From a virus (Duplodnaviria > Heunggongvirae > Uroviricota > Caudoviricetes): DNA of 64,000 bases. How positions within the stretch are numbered: position 1 is the first letter of the stretch; each line of letters opens with the position of its first letter. The notes beneath the pieces are model-generated. The model had not been told where the DNA came from. It did not search any database and was given only the letters and a program-made list of their open reading frames with translations. Below, piece after piece: positions 38,823-48,619 of this stretch. The stretch lies in the IMG/VR virus record IMGVR_UViG_3300002641_000714. The stretch is one strand, 5' to 3'. Made by a program: the position numbers and the translations under genes.

Positions 38823-39551
38823 TTATTCTTCTTCATCTTCAATACCGCCATTATTAAATATATTCTCTAAATCAATAGCTAATTCACGAACAGCTAATAA
38901 ATTTATTTGTTCATCATCTGTAGAAATACATAAAATAGAACCAAAGGCTTTACCATGAATATCTTTAAGATTTAATACGGCATATGATTTAGCATTAATA
39001 TAATCCATTTGTTGTGCTAAATATCTATCAGCTTTTTCAAATTCTTCTTGTGTATAATAAAGCAATTTGTTTTTGCCTAAATCTTCTGATAACAAAATAT
39101 CATAACGTGCAACAATATCATCACGGAATTTTTCAATAGCTACATATTTTGCATTGTCTGTTGCTACTTCAAGAGTCATATCAAAACGACAAAATTGAAC
39201 ACCTGTCATTACGTTTTCAGAACCATTATGGTATTCAATTAAAAATATATATTCTGAATTAGTCAATGAAATATATTCTTGCATTGTATGTTTTGCTAAT
39301 GCATATGCTTGACGGGATGCCTCAAAATTTGCTCTGTGTGTAGCTTTATTTCTTTCATCTCTGTCATCTAATGAATTAGTTACCGCTTCAGATACAGATT
39401 TTTGTTGCATTGAATTATTTATAAAAGAGGTTACCACTGGGCCCATTAAGATCCATACCACAGCAATAGTGAAAAGTGTTTTGAACCACCATTTATCACC
39501 CCATTTATCAAACACTTTTGTTAAAAAATTCTCAGATATTTTTGTTTCCAT
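38823..39551 (-). CDS. Membrane protein (one TM helix), hypothetical
   Basis: TM helix WWFKTLFTIAVVWILMGPVV. TAA stop. Confidence 0.55.
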   Translation of the reverse strand: METKISENFLTKVFDKWGDKWWFKTLFTIAVVWILMGPVVTSFINNSMQQKSVSEAVTNSLDDRDERNKATHRANFEASRQAYALAKHTMQEYISLTNSEYIFLIEYHNGSENVMTGVQFCRFDMTLEVATDNAKYVAIEKFRDDIVARYDILLSEDLGKNKLLYYTQEEFEKADRYLAQQMDYINAKSYAVLNLKDIHGKAFGSILCISTDDEQINLLAVRELAIDLENIFNNGGIEDEEE

Positions 39552-39661
39552 GTTTTATTGATATTTTGTTGATTAACATTCTTTCTTTTATTATTTATTA
39601 AAGAATTAAAAATAAAAATTTTATTTTTTAATAATATATAAAATTTAATAAATATATTGAT

Positions 39662-40483
39662 ATGAAAAACTATAAACAAATATTAGAAGCAATTAATCGT
39701 GGTATTAAATTTGCATTAGACGATTTTGAAGATCAAGATGATATTCAAGGTTAGGATAATAGTAAAGTTAAGTATAAAGGCGGAATTAAAGACTGGTTAG
39801 ATTTAATGAGTGATGTTGTTGATTTAGGACTACCTTCAGGAACTCTTTGGTGCAAGTATAATTTGGGATGTGAAACTGAATTATTAAATGAAGAAGGTGA
39901 AAATAGTGTAGCTGATTGGTGGCAAGGTGATTATTTTGCCTGGGGTATTAATCAGCATAATGATTTTTTTACATGGGGGTCTTATGATTATTCAGACTGG
40001 GCTATAAAAATGTTGCCTAATTTAAAAACAGAAAATTGGGTTCTTAAATTATTTAAATATTGTTATGAAAAAGATACAGTTGCATCTATATGTGATGAAC
40101 CTGATAATAAAATGAAACTTGATTTGGAAGATGATGCAGCTTATGTAAAAAATAACAAATACTGCATACCGTCTACAGAACAATTTCAAGAATTATTAGA
40201 TAATACAAAACATAAATTTGTTGCAAATTATAATAATATTTCCGGACTAAACGGTATATTATTTGCATCTATCTATAATCAAAATACAATATTTTTTCCG
40301 CTTGCAGGTTATATGAATGAAGAAAATATCAGAAGAAAAAATACACAAGGTTTTTATTGGACATGTGATTTAAGCCCAAAATATCAAACATGCGCAAATT
40401 CATTTAATTTAACAAAGAAAACAGTAGAAGTTGGAAGTTATAGACGTGACCAAGGTTGTTCAATAAGGCCTGTATTAAAATAG
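39662..40483 (+). CDS. Leader-family-1 protein A with a DUF1566-like domain (1 in-frame TAG)
   Basis: ATG at 39662. Leader MKNYKQILEAINRGIKFALDDFEDQDDIQG, then TAG (39752-39754) exactly where paralogs E and F have Gln (QGQ), then DVVDLGLPSGTLWCKYNLG, YFAWG, IPSTEQFQELL and a C-terminal SIRPVLK. Confidence 0.65.
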
Positions 40484-40501
40484 TAAAAAAAACTCTAAAA
40501 T

Positions 40502-41341
40502 ATGAAAAATTATAAACATATATTAGAAGCTATAAATAGAGGAATTAAATTTGCATTAGATGACTTTGATGATAATGAAATTCAAGGTTAGATTAGTAGT
40601 AAAGTTAATCATCAACATGGAACTAAAGAATATCTAGACTTTGTGAATGAAGTTGTTGATTTGGGGCTTCCTTCAGGAACTTTGTGGTGCAAATATAACT
40701 TAGATGTTAATCCTAATCAGTTAACTAAACCTGAAGACTGGTATGGAAAATATTATGCATGGGGCGAATTAGGAGGAAATAAAACTAATAAAGATGGTAT
40801 AATTTATTTTTATTGGTCTAATTATAAATTTGGAAAATATGATTTAACTAAATATTGTAATGATTCAGAACATGGATTAAATGGTTTTACTGATAATTTA
40901 ACAGAACTTCAACTAGAAGATGATGTTGCATATCAAAACAAAAAACTTTATAATTATAAATTCCATATACCAACTAAAGAACAGTGTGAAGAATTATTGA
41001 AATATACTAATAATTATTGGGTTGTTAATTATAATCCTAATAAAACTATTCATAATCCAAAAGATGATGGCGGAATTCAAGGTTTGGATGGTGGAATATT
41101 TGAAGGAAGAAATGGAAATCAATTGTTTATTCCAGCAGCCGGATTCCGATAGGATTTATGTCGCTATCATGTTGGTTTTTATGGTCACTTGTGGTCTTCT
41201 AGTCTTTACTTAAAAGATTGTAGCAATGCTTACTGCTTAAGCATTAATTCAAACATTATCAATATATACAATGAGGAGCATACATATAATTATGGAGAAC
41301 GTATATATGGTTATAGTATTCGTCCAGTATTAAATTTATAA
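40502..41341 (+). CDS. Leader-family-1 protein B with a DUF1566-like domain (2 in-frame TAGs)
   Basis: Leader MKNYKHILEAINRGIKFALDDFDDNEIQG-TAG. The track ORF 40643..41152 is internal. Read-through of the TAG at 41150 gives the conserved C-terminus ...GYSIRPVLNL and a TAA at 41339-41341. Confidence 0.65.
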
Positions 41342-41354
41342 ATTAATTATTTAA

Positions 41355-42554
41355 ATGAAAAACTATAATAAAATATTAGAAGCTGTTAATAGAGGAATTA
41401 AATTTGCATTAGATGACTTTGATGATAATGAACTTCAAGGTCAAGTTAGCGGTAAAATCAATAATAAAAGTAATCTTAAAGATTGGCTTGAGTGGCAAGA
41501 ATGGATTAAAAAAATTGAAGCTAGAAGTTTAAAAACAGTAAAAGATATATAGGAATTAGCAGATTTTTCAAAATCAAGCAGATTTAAATATGAGGTTGGG
41601 AATAACCGTAATTTATTAATATCTTTAATTAATTATATAATTGAAATTGATTCAACTGCTGATTTAAACTGGATTGACGTATCTAAAATAACAGATATGA
41701 CACAATTATTTGATAATAGTAAATTTAATGGTAATATATCTGAATGGGATGTGTCTAATGTTGTAACAATGCGTCAAATGTTTATATTTTCTCATTTTAA
41801 TGGTAATATATCTAATTGGAATGTATCTAATGTTAAAGATATGCATAATATGTTCAGATGCTCTTATTTTAATGGTGATATATCTAATTGGAATGTATCT
41901 AATGTTAAAAATATGTCTGGTATGTTTAAAGATACATTTAATTTTAATAAACCATTAAATAATTGGAATGTTTCTGGTGTTGAAAATATGAGTGAAATGT
42001 TTCACGGATCTAGAAGATTTAATCAACCACTTAATAATTGGAATGTTTCTAATGTTAAAGATATGGCACAAATATTCTGTAATTGTAAATTTAATCAAGA
42101 TATTAATAATTGGGATGTTTCTAATGTGGAAGATATGCGTTGTATGTTTATGCAAAATCAATATTTTAATAAACCGCTTAATAATTGGAATGTTTCTAAT
42201 GTTAAAATGTTTGCAAGTATGTTTTGCGCATCTATATTTAATTAGCCGATTGGAAAATGGAATATGTCTAAAGCAATATCTCTTAGTGGAATGTTTAAGG
42301 GTTCAAGATTTAATTAGAATATTAATAATTGGAATGTTTCTGGTGTAAAATAGATGCATGAAATGTTTTGTAATTCCCGTTTTAATAAACCATTAGATAA
42401 ATGGAATGTTAGCAATGTTTGGGATATGGAATACATGTTTCAATCATCACAATTTAATCAAGATATATCAATGTGGAATATAAATCCTAATGTAAAAACA
42501 ATTTGTATATTTAAAGATGCTGTTATATAGAAAGAATATAAACCAAAAGTATTA
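41355..42554 (+). CDS. Leader-family-1 protein C with about 10 DUF285-like repeats (5 in-frame TAGs)
   Basis: Leader with QGQ (CAA). The track fragments 41355..41552 and 41697..42245 are in the same frame. Repeats have the form FNGNISNWNVSNVKDMHNMF. TAGs fall at repeat positions that are Q in sister repeats (FN-TAG-PIG vs FNQPL). TAA at 42552-42554. Confidence 0.65.
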
Positions 42555-42564
42555 AGAAAATATA

Positions 42565-43501
42565 AATGATAAATTATAAACAAATATTAGAAGCGGTTAA
42601 CAGAGGTATTAAATTTGCTTTAGATGACTTTGAAGATCAAGAAGATATTCAAGGTTAGATTAATAGTAAGGTTAATAATAAAAGTAATATTAAAGAATAT
42701 TTAGAATGGAATAAATGTCTTGATTTATTATTTAAGAATGTTGATACTAATTATTTTAATAAAATGGTTAAATTATCAAAAATAATTGGTATACAATATA
42801 AAGTTAATGATATAGATACATTAAAAAATATTATAAATTGGTCTTGCCAGATATGTCCGAATAATGATGCAAATTTAAATTGGTTAGATGTTTCTGAATT
42901 AACATCAATGTATGGTTTATTTGGAAATGATTATACTAAAAATTTTAATGGTGATATTTCTAAATGGGATGTATCTAATGTTGAAGATATGAATTATATG
43001 TTTTATAAAAGCAATTTTAATGGTAATATTTCTAAATGGGATGTGTCAAAAGTTAAACATATGAATTATATGTTTTCACACTCTATATTTAATGGTGATA
43101 TTTCTAATTGGAATGTATCAAAAGTTGAAACTATGATTGGTATGTTTAAAGAAGTTAGACCATATGATTACCCATTGGATAATTGGGATGTATCTAATGT
43201 TAAAAATATGTCTGACATGTTTAGTGATTCATGGTTTAACCAACCATTAAATAATTGGGATGTATCTGGTGTTGAAAATATGGCACATATGTTTTCTGGC
43301 TCACAATATGATTAGCCATTAGATAAATGGGATGTATCTAATGTTAAAAATATGGATTCAATGTTTTCTGCATCTCATTTCAGACAAAATATTAGTAATT
43401 GGAATATTAGTAAAGACTGTAATACTAATAATATGTGGAGATTAGGCATGTAGTATGATATTAATAAACCGCCAAAAACAAGATTAAGATATAGACGTTA
43501 A
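42565..43501 (+). pseudogene. Leader-family-1 paralog D, frameshifted in its leader, with a DUF285-repeat body
   Basis: From ATG 42565 the sequence MINYKQILEAVN is followed by an extra C (gttaacCagaggt at about 42600) that puts RGIKFALDDFEDQEDIQG-TAG-... and the repeat body (track ORF 42764..43315, read on through a TAG to the TAA at 43499-43501) in the +1 frame. This is a sequencing error, a pseudogene, or expression from the internal start at 42764. Confidence 0.4.
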
Positions 43502-43502
43502 A

Positions 43503-43532
43503 AAATCTCTAAGATATATTTCTTAGAGATTT
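43503..43532. terminator. Bidirectional terminator hairpin
   Basis: Perfect 12-bp stem aaatctctaaga / tcttagagattt between the plus island and the minus polymerase gene. Confidence 0.6.
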
Positions 43533-43536
43533 TCTT

Positions 43537-45084
43537 TTAGAATAATGATGAAACATAACATAAATCTGAAGTAAAAGGTTGATATCCGAGAATTTCAATA
43601 ATTCTGTTTAACGGTGTTAAAACTAAATCTTCAAATTGTTGGTTATAATCAATCGGCAAAGCAAATTCTAATGGATACTTTCCAGGTGTAAAACCGAAAA
43701 CAGGATAATTAGGATCTGTAGTTTTATAGAATTTTACCTTGTCACGAGTTTTAATTGTTTCATATTTTAATTTATATTTCTTATTCTTTGGATTATTTAA
43801 TATATAATTATAAATTCCTGCAGCTTTAACATGAATTGGACAATGCTCGCCAAACACAAAATTATTTTTATCATCTAGAATAAATTTATCATAATCAGAA
43901 ATCTGAACACTTTTGCAAATATCTTCCGGATTTTGTTTAATAAAATCATCTTTAAATTTCTTAAGCATTGCATAAATATCATCAAATTCCGGTGCATTAT
44001 TATGTGTAATATACCAATTCATAATGCTTCTAATAAATTGATCTTGACATTTTTTTGCAAATGGTGGAGTAGAACCTTGAATTAATTCAAGTCCCTTATA
44101 GATAACATGTTCACCCGGCGTTACATAGATATTTGGTTCAAGAAAACATTCTGACATTGCATAATGTTTCTTTGCAATCATAATTGCAGTATCAGCAACT
44201 TTTTCAAGTTCAAGATTTTCAAGATTAACATCACAGTTGAATTTTTGTGCATACTCATCATATTTTTTATTCATATATGGGCCAATTCCGTAATTCCACA
44301 TATCAACAACAAAACGTGTCGCTTTATTAAAATCGTGTATTCCTAAAAATGTTGTAACACGCCCAAATTCAACATAAATTGAATCAGTATCACCATTTAT
44401 TGTTAAACTACATGTTGGATCATCTTCCAAATATGATGTTTTGCCCATATATGCAAACGGGTTTTCCTTAGAATTTAATGGATTTTTAGCTTTTAGTGCT
44501 AATGAATTAAGTGGTTCATTTTGTGTAATTTTGCCTTTATTAATTTCAAATTCTTTTATTTTTTCGTAAGGTTCTCCAAGATATTCGCCAAAAGATGTTT
44601 TAACTGAAACTTTTTTAAGTAAAGCTTTCATTTCTTTTGATAAATTATCTTGATCTTTAACTTCATTTTTACTTATTGGCAATTTAACTAAAACCCATTG
44701 TTTATCCGGTGTTTTAGCATAAAAATCATCAGTGGTTTCAATATCATATTTTTCCATCCACTCGAATAAAGGAACATAAATAATTCTGTTATATTCTTCT
44801 TGTGATTGAAAAATTCCCCTAAAATACTTATTGACACAGTTTTCTGAATAGTGGTTCAAATCCTGTCCTTGAAGTGTAATTGATTCAGCGACTGCGGTAT
44901 TATGACCAACGAAATACTTACTTGCGCAACTTCCATATACCGAATTAATAAATGTTTTAATAGCCAATTGTTTAGTTTCGTAATATCCTGATAAACTTTT
45001 ACACTCATTAATTGCATTATATAATTCTTCTTTAGAACAATTATCCGGATCTATTTCTATAAATTTGCTTTTATAAACTGCCAT
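43537..45084 (-). CDS. Family-B DNA polymerase, C-terminal fragment (motifs B and C plus thumb)
   Basis: KTFINSVYGSCA (KxxxNSxYG, motif B) at residue ~43 and INGDTDSIYV (motif C). The exonuclease domain and motif A are absent from this ORF and from the adjacent ORFs. Confidence 0.75.
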   Translation of the reverse strand: MAVYKSKFIEIDPDNCSKEELYNAINECKSLSGYYETKQLAIKTFINSVYGSCASKYFVGHNTAVAESITLQGQDLNHYSENCVNKYFRGIFQSQEEYNRIIYVPLFEWMEKYDIETTDDFYAKTPDKQWVLVKLPISKNEVKDQDNLSKEMKALLKKVSVKTSFGEYLGEPYEKIKEFEINKGKITQNEPLNSLALKAKNPLNSKENPFAYMGKTSYLEDDPTCSLTINGDTDSIYVEFGRVTTFLGIHDFNKATRFVVDMWNYGIGPYMNKKYDEYAQKFNCDVNLENLELEKVADTAIMIAKKHYAMSECFLEPNIYVTPGEHVIYKGLELIQGSTPPFAKKCQDQFIRSIMNWYITHNNAPEFDDIYAMLKKFKDDFIKQNPEDICKSVQISDYDKFILDDKNNFVFGEHCPIHVKAAGIYNYILNNPKNKKYKLKYETIKTRDKVKFYKTTDPNYPVFGFTPGKYPLEFALPIDYNQQFEDLVLTPLNRIIEILGYQPFTSDLCYVSSLF

Positions 45085-45110
45085 ATAATTTTATTAATTT
45101 TATTTTATAA

Positions 45111-45293
45111 TTATATGTTTTTATTATTTTTTGTTTTAATTAAATATTCAATGAACTTCCAAAAATGTTGTTCAAGTAAAACTTCATTATATGTTTCGTC
45201 TATTTTTTCTAAACTAGATTTTGGAACTCCAGAAATCTCATATATTTTTTGTTTAAAATAATCTAAATCAATTGTTTCCATTATATTTCTCAA
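45111..45293 (-). CDS. Small hypothetical ORF (TTG start; uncertain)
   Basis: 60-aa ORF with a TAA stop. It overlaps a possible read-through extension of the HNH gene. Confidence 0.3.
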   Translation of the reverse strand: MRNIMETIDLDYFKQKIYEISGVPKSSLEKIDETYNEVLLEQHFWKFIEYLIKTKNNKNI

Positions 45294-45366
45294 AATAAAA
45301 TTTTATTTCTTGCGGATGTTCTTCTACTAAACCATACTTAATCATCATTCGATATGTAAAATTTCG

Positions 45367-45579
45367 CTAGCAACATATCAATCCATGTTGTAATTCTTCT
45401 CTAAATCCTTCTATATCATTGGAGCCTTTTCTAAAATTACATGCTCTGCATGATGGATTTAGATTTTCTATAGAATCATCACCTGTATAATCTTTTGGTA
45501 ATAATTTTTCTTTATCTTTTTCAGACCAATTATGAAATACAGGTTTAATGTGATCTACCTGCATATCTTTATAATCCAA
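45367..45579 (-). CDS. HNH homing endonuclease
   Basis: VDHIKP...ENLNPSCRACNFRKG is an HNH motif. It lies immediately upstream of the truncated polB. The stop is TAG. If read through, the frame stays open for about 33 more codons to a TGA at about 45268. Confidence 0.7.
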   Translation of the reverse strand: MDYKDMQVDHIKPVFHNWSEKDKEKLLPKDYTGDDSIENLNPSCRACNFRKGSNDIEGFREELQHGLICC

Positions 45580-45604
45580 TTCGCATCCGCAATATGCGCA
45601 GTGT

Positions 45605-46072
45605 TTATTGTATTTGTTCCAAATTTGTTCCCTCTATATTTTGTTTAGTTTCATTATTATCTTCTGCTAATTTTTTAAGTGCAAATAGAACAATAGATTC
45701 CATTGAATCATTATATGTTTGACATGAACATTTATATATTTCATTTTCACTTACCCACCATATTCCATGCCAAAGTGGGAAAAAATATTCAGTAGTTTCT
45801 ATTTCTTTTCTTTCAATAAATCTATGAGGTTCAACCCATATTTTCAGATTTTTTATTTCTCTCAACCAATCACATATTTGTGATAAAGTTGGTGCAGACA
45901 TTACTGCATTATAGATTGCATTTTCACATTCTTCATTCCAGTCTCTATATTCGCCTTCTTCATATAATTCATATTCTGCATTTGATGTTTTTGCTAAATA
46001 GAAACTATTGGTTTTTTCGTGAAAACCAACTTTTTGCAATAATTTAGCTATTTCAATTGATACTTTTTTCAT
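45605..46072 (-). CDS. Hypothetical protein
   Basis: 155-aa ORF with a TAA stop. Confidence 0.5.
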   Translation of the reverse strand: MKKVSIEIAKLLQKVGFHEKTNSFYLAKTSNAEYELYEEGEYRDWNEECENAIYNAVMSAPTLSQICDWLREIKNLKIWVEPHRFIERKEIETTEYFFPLWHGIWWVSENEIYKCSCQTYNDSMESIVLFALKKLAEDNNETKQNIEGTNLEQIQ

Positions 46073-46077
46073 AATTA

Positions 46078-46839
46078 TTACTTATCTGTTTGTTCTAATT
46101 GTTTAATTTGTAACTTATTCCATAATTTAATTACTTCATGTTCTTTTTCATATTTTAAATCTAAATTATATTTAGATTCATCTTCAACACGATTCAAAAT
46201 ATCCGGATTATAACCAAATTCTTTCATAGCATCACGCAATGCGATATTCCATACAATATCTCCGTTTTCATCATTATTAAGAACTTCAACTTTATATTTA
46301 GAAAAAGCCTGAGAAGATGTGTCAAGCATCATTGCAGAAAGCTCAATTGTATCTTTTCCCATTTGTAAAATTTTTCTTGAACTATCCCATAAATTTTTTG
46401 TGGTGATGCTTAATGTATCAATTCTATACGGGTTTTCAAAATTGACAATTCTGGCCAGATTTGCAACATACATATCTTCTGTATATAACACTGCTGTATA
46501 TTTTGAAAAATCAATATTATATTTTTTGAAATATTCGTCTCGACTAATATTCGGAAGTGGTGTATCATTATGGACTTCAGTAACTATTAAAATAATATAA
46601 TCACCAAATTCCCGTTTTGACATACGCCACGTACTATTTACAATTTCATTAATAATCTCTTCGGAATATCTGGATTTTTCAAAAATTGCATAATAATGTT
46701 CACATTCGATATGCTTACATTTGCCAATTTCACCAGCAGTATAATAAAACTCTAAATCTTCTGGATATTTGATAGTTGTTTCACACATTTCATTCCATCC
46801 AGAAACTTTAATTTTTTGTTCAATCAATTTTGTTTTCAT
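46078..46839 (-). CDS. Hypothetical protein
   Basis: 253-aa ORF with a TAA stop. Confidence 0.55.
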   Translation of the reverse strand: MKTKLIEQKIKVSGWNEMCETTIKYPEDLEFYYTAGEIGKCKHIECEHYYAIFEKSRYSEEIINEIVNSTWRMSKREFGDYIILIVTEVHNDTPLPNISRDEYFKKYNIDFSKYTAVLYTEDMYVANLARIVNFENPYRIDTLSITTKNLWDSSRKILQMGKDTIELSAMMLDTSSQAFSKYKVEVLNNDENGDIVWNIALRDAMKEFGYNPDILNRVEDESKYNLDLKYEKEHEVIKLWNKLQIKQLEQTDK

Positions 46840-46853
46840 ATATTTAATATTTT

Positions 46854-48524
46854 TTAGTTAATTGCTTTTGTTATTTCTATTTTTGAAAAACCGTCTTTTG
46901 TTACACTAATGATTTTATTAAAATTATCAAGATATAAATCAGTATGTGAAACAATAAAACAACTTAAATTATTTTCTTGTGCAAAATGTCTCAAGAAATC
47001 AAGAACTAATCCGGATGTTTCATTGTCAAGTGAAGATAAAACTTCATCAATAGATAATATATTAATTGATGGAAATCTTCTCTTCAATAATTTAAATAAA
47101 CTACAAAGAACAATTAAATCCACGCGTGTTTCTTCACCATCTGATAATGATTCTGGCGTCAATTCAACTCCAAGTTCTTTGAGGTGTGGTTCAAATTTAG
47201 TGTCAATTTCCAATTGATATGGGAAATTAACCAAGTCCAGATTATCTTCAATTTCTTTATTCAAGATTGGTAAATAATTTACAATAACTTTTTGTTTAAC
47301 ACCGTCAATAGAATAAACAATTGCTAATGTCTGTAATTCTTTTAATTTTGCAGAATCTTCAGACAGTTGTTTATTAATATCTTCTATTTGTTTTGTTGTA
47401 TTATTGATAATATTATTAATTCCCTGGAACTCTGCATTATTCTTAAGTTGTTCATTCAATGCATTATTCTGTGCAGTTAATTGCTGAATATCAGAATTTA
47501 ATTGATATATTGCAGTATTCAGTTTTCCAATATATTCTGTTATTGCATTATAATCTACATTTGCTTTTTCTAATTGTTTATTAAGTTCTATAGTTATATT
47601 ATCTTTTTCTGCTTTAAGATTTAAAAGTTTAGTTTTCAAATCTTTAACAGAATCTGTTGAGAATGACATTCCGCATGTCGGGCATTTGTCTTGAGAATAC
47701 AAATCAATTTTTTGGTGAATAACTTGAATATTATAATTATTCTCATATTGTTTTTGCTTGATTTCTGTAATGCTTCCTAATGCTTCAGTTTGTTTTTGAG
47801 TATAAGTTGACAATGCATCTGTCAATTTTTTAATATTCTCATTATCTTTTGAAATCTTTTCAGTATTTGTTCTAATAATTTCTTTATTCTCTTCAGTTTG
47901 TGAAGATTGTTGAAGTTTTGATAATTCAATATTTGCATTATTCAAAGTTTGTGTCAATTGGAACAAAGTATTATTATTAGAATTAATCATATTTCCAATT
48001 TCACGGGCGTCTTTTTTAATTTTCTCAAATGCAATATTGACAACTTCAAGATTGAAAACTCTATCAATAATTTCTTTTCGATCTGCTGGAGACATAGTTA
48101 AAAATGATTTGAATTTCTTCATAGAAATAGAAATCATATTAGAAAATGCCTTAATAGGAATATCTGCAATTTCTTTATCAATATAATCTTGTGCAGATGA
48201 AACACCATAAGAATTGATATTAACTCCATCACGGAAAACCTGCAAATCATTAGGAGTGAATGAACGTTCAATAATATATTCATGCCCGCCTTTTTCAATA
48301 ACAGCTTTAACCCAGCCATGTTTATTGATTCGGTTATGAATTGCAGATTTTGTCAATCCTGGAGTTTTTCCAAATAATGCTATACATGGAAGTGAGAGAA
48401 TTGTAGATTTTCCGGAACCTGAAATTCCTTTTAACAAAACTAATTCTCCATCAACAAATTCAACTTTTTGAATTTCTTCTCCAAATGATCTAATATTTTT
48501 CCACTCAATCGATTTAAATTTCAT
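46854..48524 (-). CDS. sbcC: SbcC/Rad50-like recombination ATPase (T4 gp46-like)
   Basis: Walker A LKGISGSGKST, long coiled coil with a zinc-hook CPTCG, ABC signature LSDGE, Walker B LSIDEV. Confidence 0.8.
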   Translation of the reverse strand: MKFKSIEWKNIRSFGEEIQKVEFVDGELVLLKGISGSGKSTILSLPCIALFGKTPGLTKSAIHNRINKHGWVKAVIEKGGHEYIIERSFTPNDLQVFRDGVNINSYGVSSAQDYIDKEIADIPIKAFSNMISISMKKFKSFLTMSPADRKEIIDRVFNLEVVNIAFEKIKKDAREIGNMINSNNNTLFQLTQTLNNANIELSKLQQSSQTEENKEIIRTNTEKISKDNENIKKLTDALSTYTQKQTEALGSITEIKQKQYENNYNIQVIHQKIDLYSQDKCPTCGMSFSTDSVKDLKTKLLNLKAEKDNITIELNKQLEKANVDYNAITEYIGKLNTAIYQLNSDIQQLTAQNNALNEQLKNNAEFQGINNIINNTTKQIEDINKQLSEDSAKLKELQTLAIVYSIDGVKQKVIVNYLPILNKEIEDNLDLVNFPYQLEIDTKFEPHLKELGVELTPESLSDGEETRVDLIVLCSLFKLLKRRFPSINILSIDEVLSSLDNETSGLVLDFLRHFAQENNLSCFIVSHTDLYLDNFNKIISVTKDGFSKIEITKAIN

Positions 48525-48619
48525 GTTCTAATTACAATTTTACTTAATTATTATATATAAAAATAATGAATTGTTTCTTAAATAAATATATTGTATAAAT
48601 AAAAAATATAATTAAATAT

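Noticed and set aside
43537-45084. Calling this ORF a complete DNA polymerase
   Set aside because: Only motifs B and C and the thumb are present. Motif A and the exonuclease motifs are absent, so it is annotated as a fragment of a split gene.
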